This document shows, piece by piece, positions 44,217 through 44,245 of a stretch of 44,245 nucleotides of DNA (its first letter is position 1; each line of letters opens with the position of its first letter). The notes beneath the pieces were generated by a model. It saw nothing but the letters and a program-made list of their open reading frames with translations. It had not been told where the DNA came from and did no database searches. The stretch is from Escherichia phage SM_W22. The stretch lies in the sequence record PP920555.1. One strand, written 5' to 3'. A program made the translations under genes and the position numbers.

Positions 44217-44245
44217 ATCCCACTTAGATGGCAGGGCCGTCTCCT

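Noticed and set aside
1-44245. Lysogeny module (integrase, CI-like repressor, attP)
   Set aside because: No tyrosine or serine recombinase-like ORF and no repressor/Cro pair were recognised in any frame; the genome looks virulent. Profile searches could still reveal a divergent recombinase.

Overview
The window reads as a complete or near-complete genome of a virulent tailed phage (siphovirus-like, about 55% GC, probably infecting an enterobacterium), presented as a circular permutation starting at the terminase genes. No integrase, repressor, tRNA or CRISPR array was found. Layout: (1) plus-strand packaging and structural module, 23-24128: small and large terminase, portal, head morphogenesis protein, overlapped Rz/Rz1-like spanins, scaffold, major capsid, neck proteins, major tail protein, tail chaperone with a predicted -1 frameshift, tape measure, lambda M/L/K/I/J-like tail tip genes and a side tail fiber with a C-terminal chaperone domain. 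This module is interrupted by two minus-strand moron ORFs (5047-6373) and one minus-strand lipoprotein gene (22238-22456). (2) minus-strand replication and DNA-modification module, 24155-36322: family A DNA polymerase, SNF2-like helicase, Cas4-like exonuclease, SSB, VRR-NUC, Dam-like and C5-cytosine-like methyltransferases, plus unknowns. (3) plus-strand early and lysis module, 36728-44158: HTH protein, primase-helicase, unknown genes, two holin-like proteins, GH24 endolysin and an HTH-metallophosphoesterase fusion. The most unusual features are noncoding: a roughly 205 bp element rich in GCGGGACA iterons present twice (about 12111-12313 and 39447-39654), a recurrent TGCAACCAAT motif in at least 13 intergenic sites, and a perfect 111 bp in-frame tandem duplication inside a moron gene. 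All calls are from reading the sequence and ORF track by eye; no database search was run, products are inferred from remembered family motifs, and hand-derived coordinates (hairpins, adjusted starts, small ORFs) may be off by 1-2 nt.
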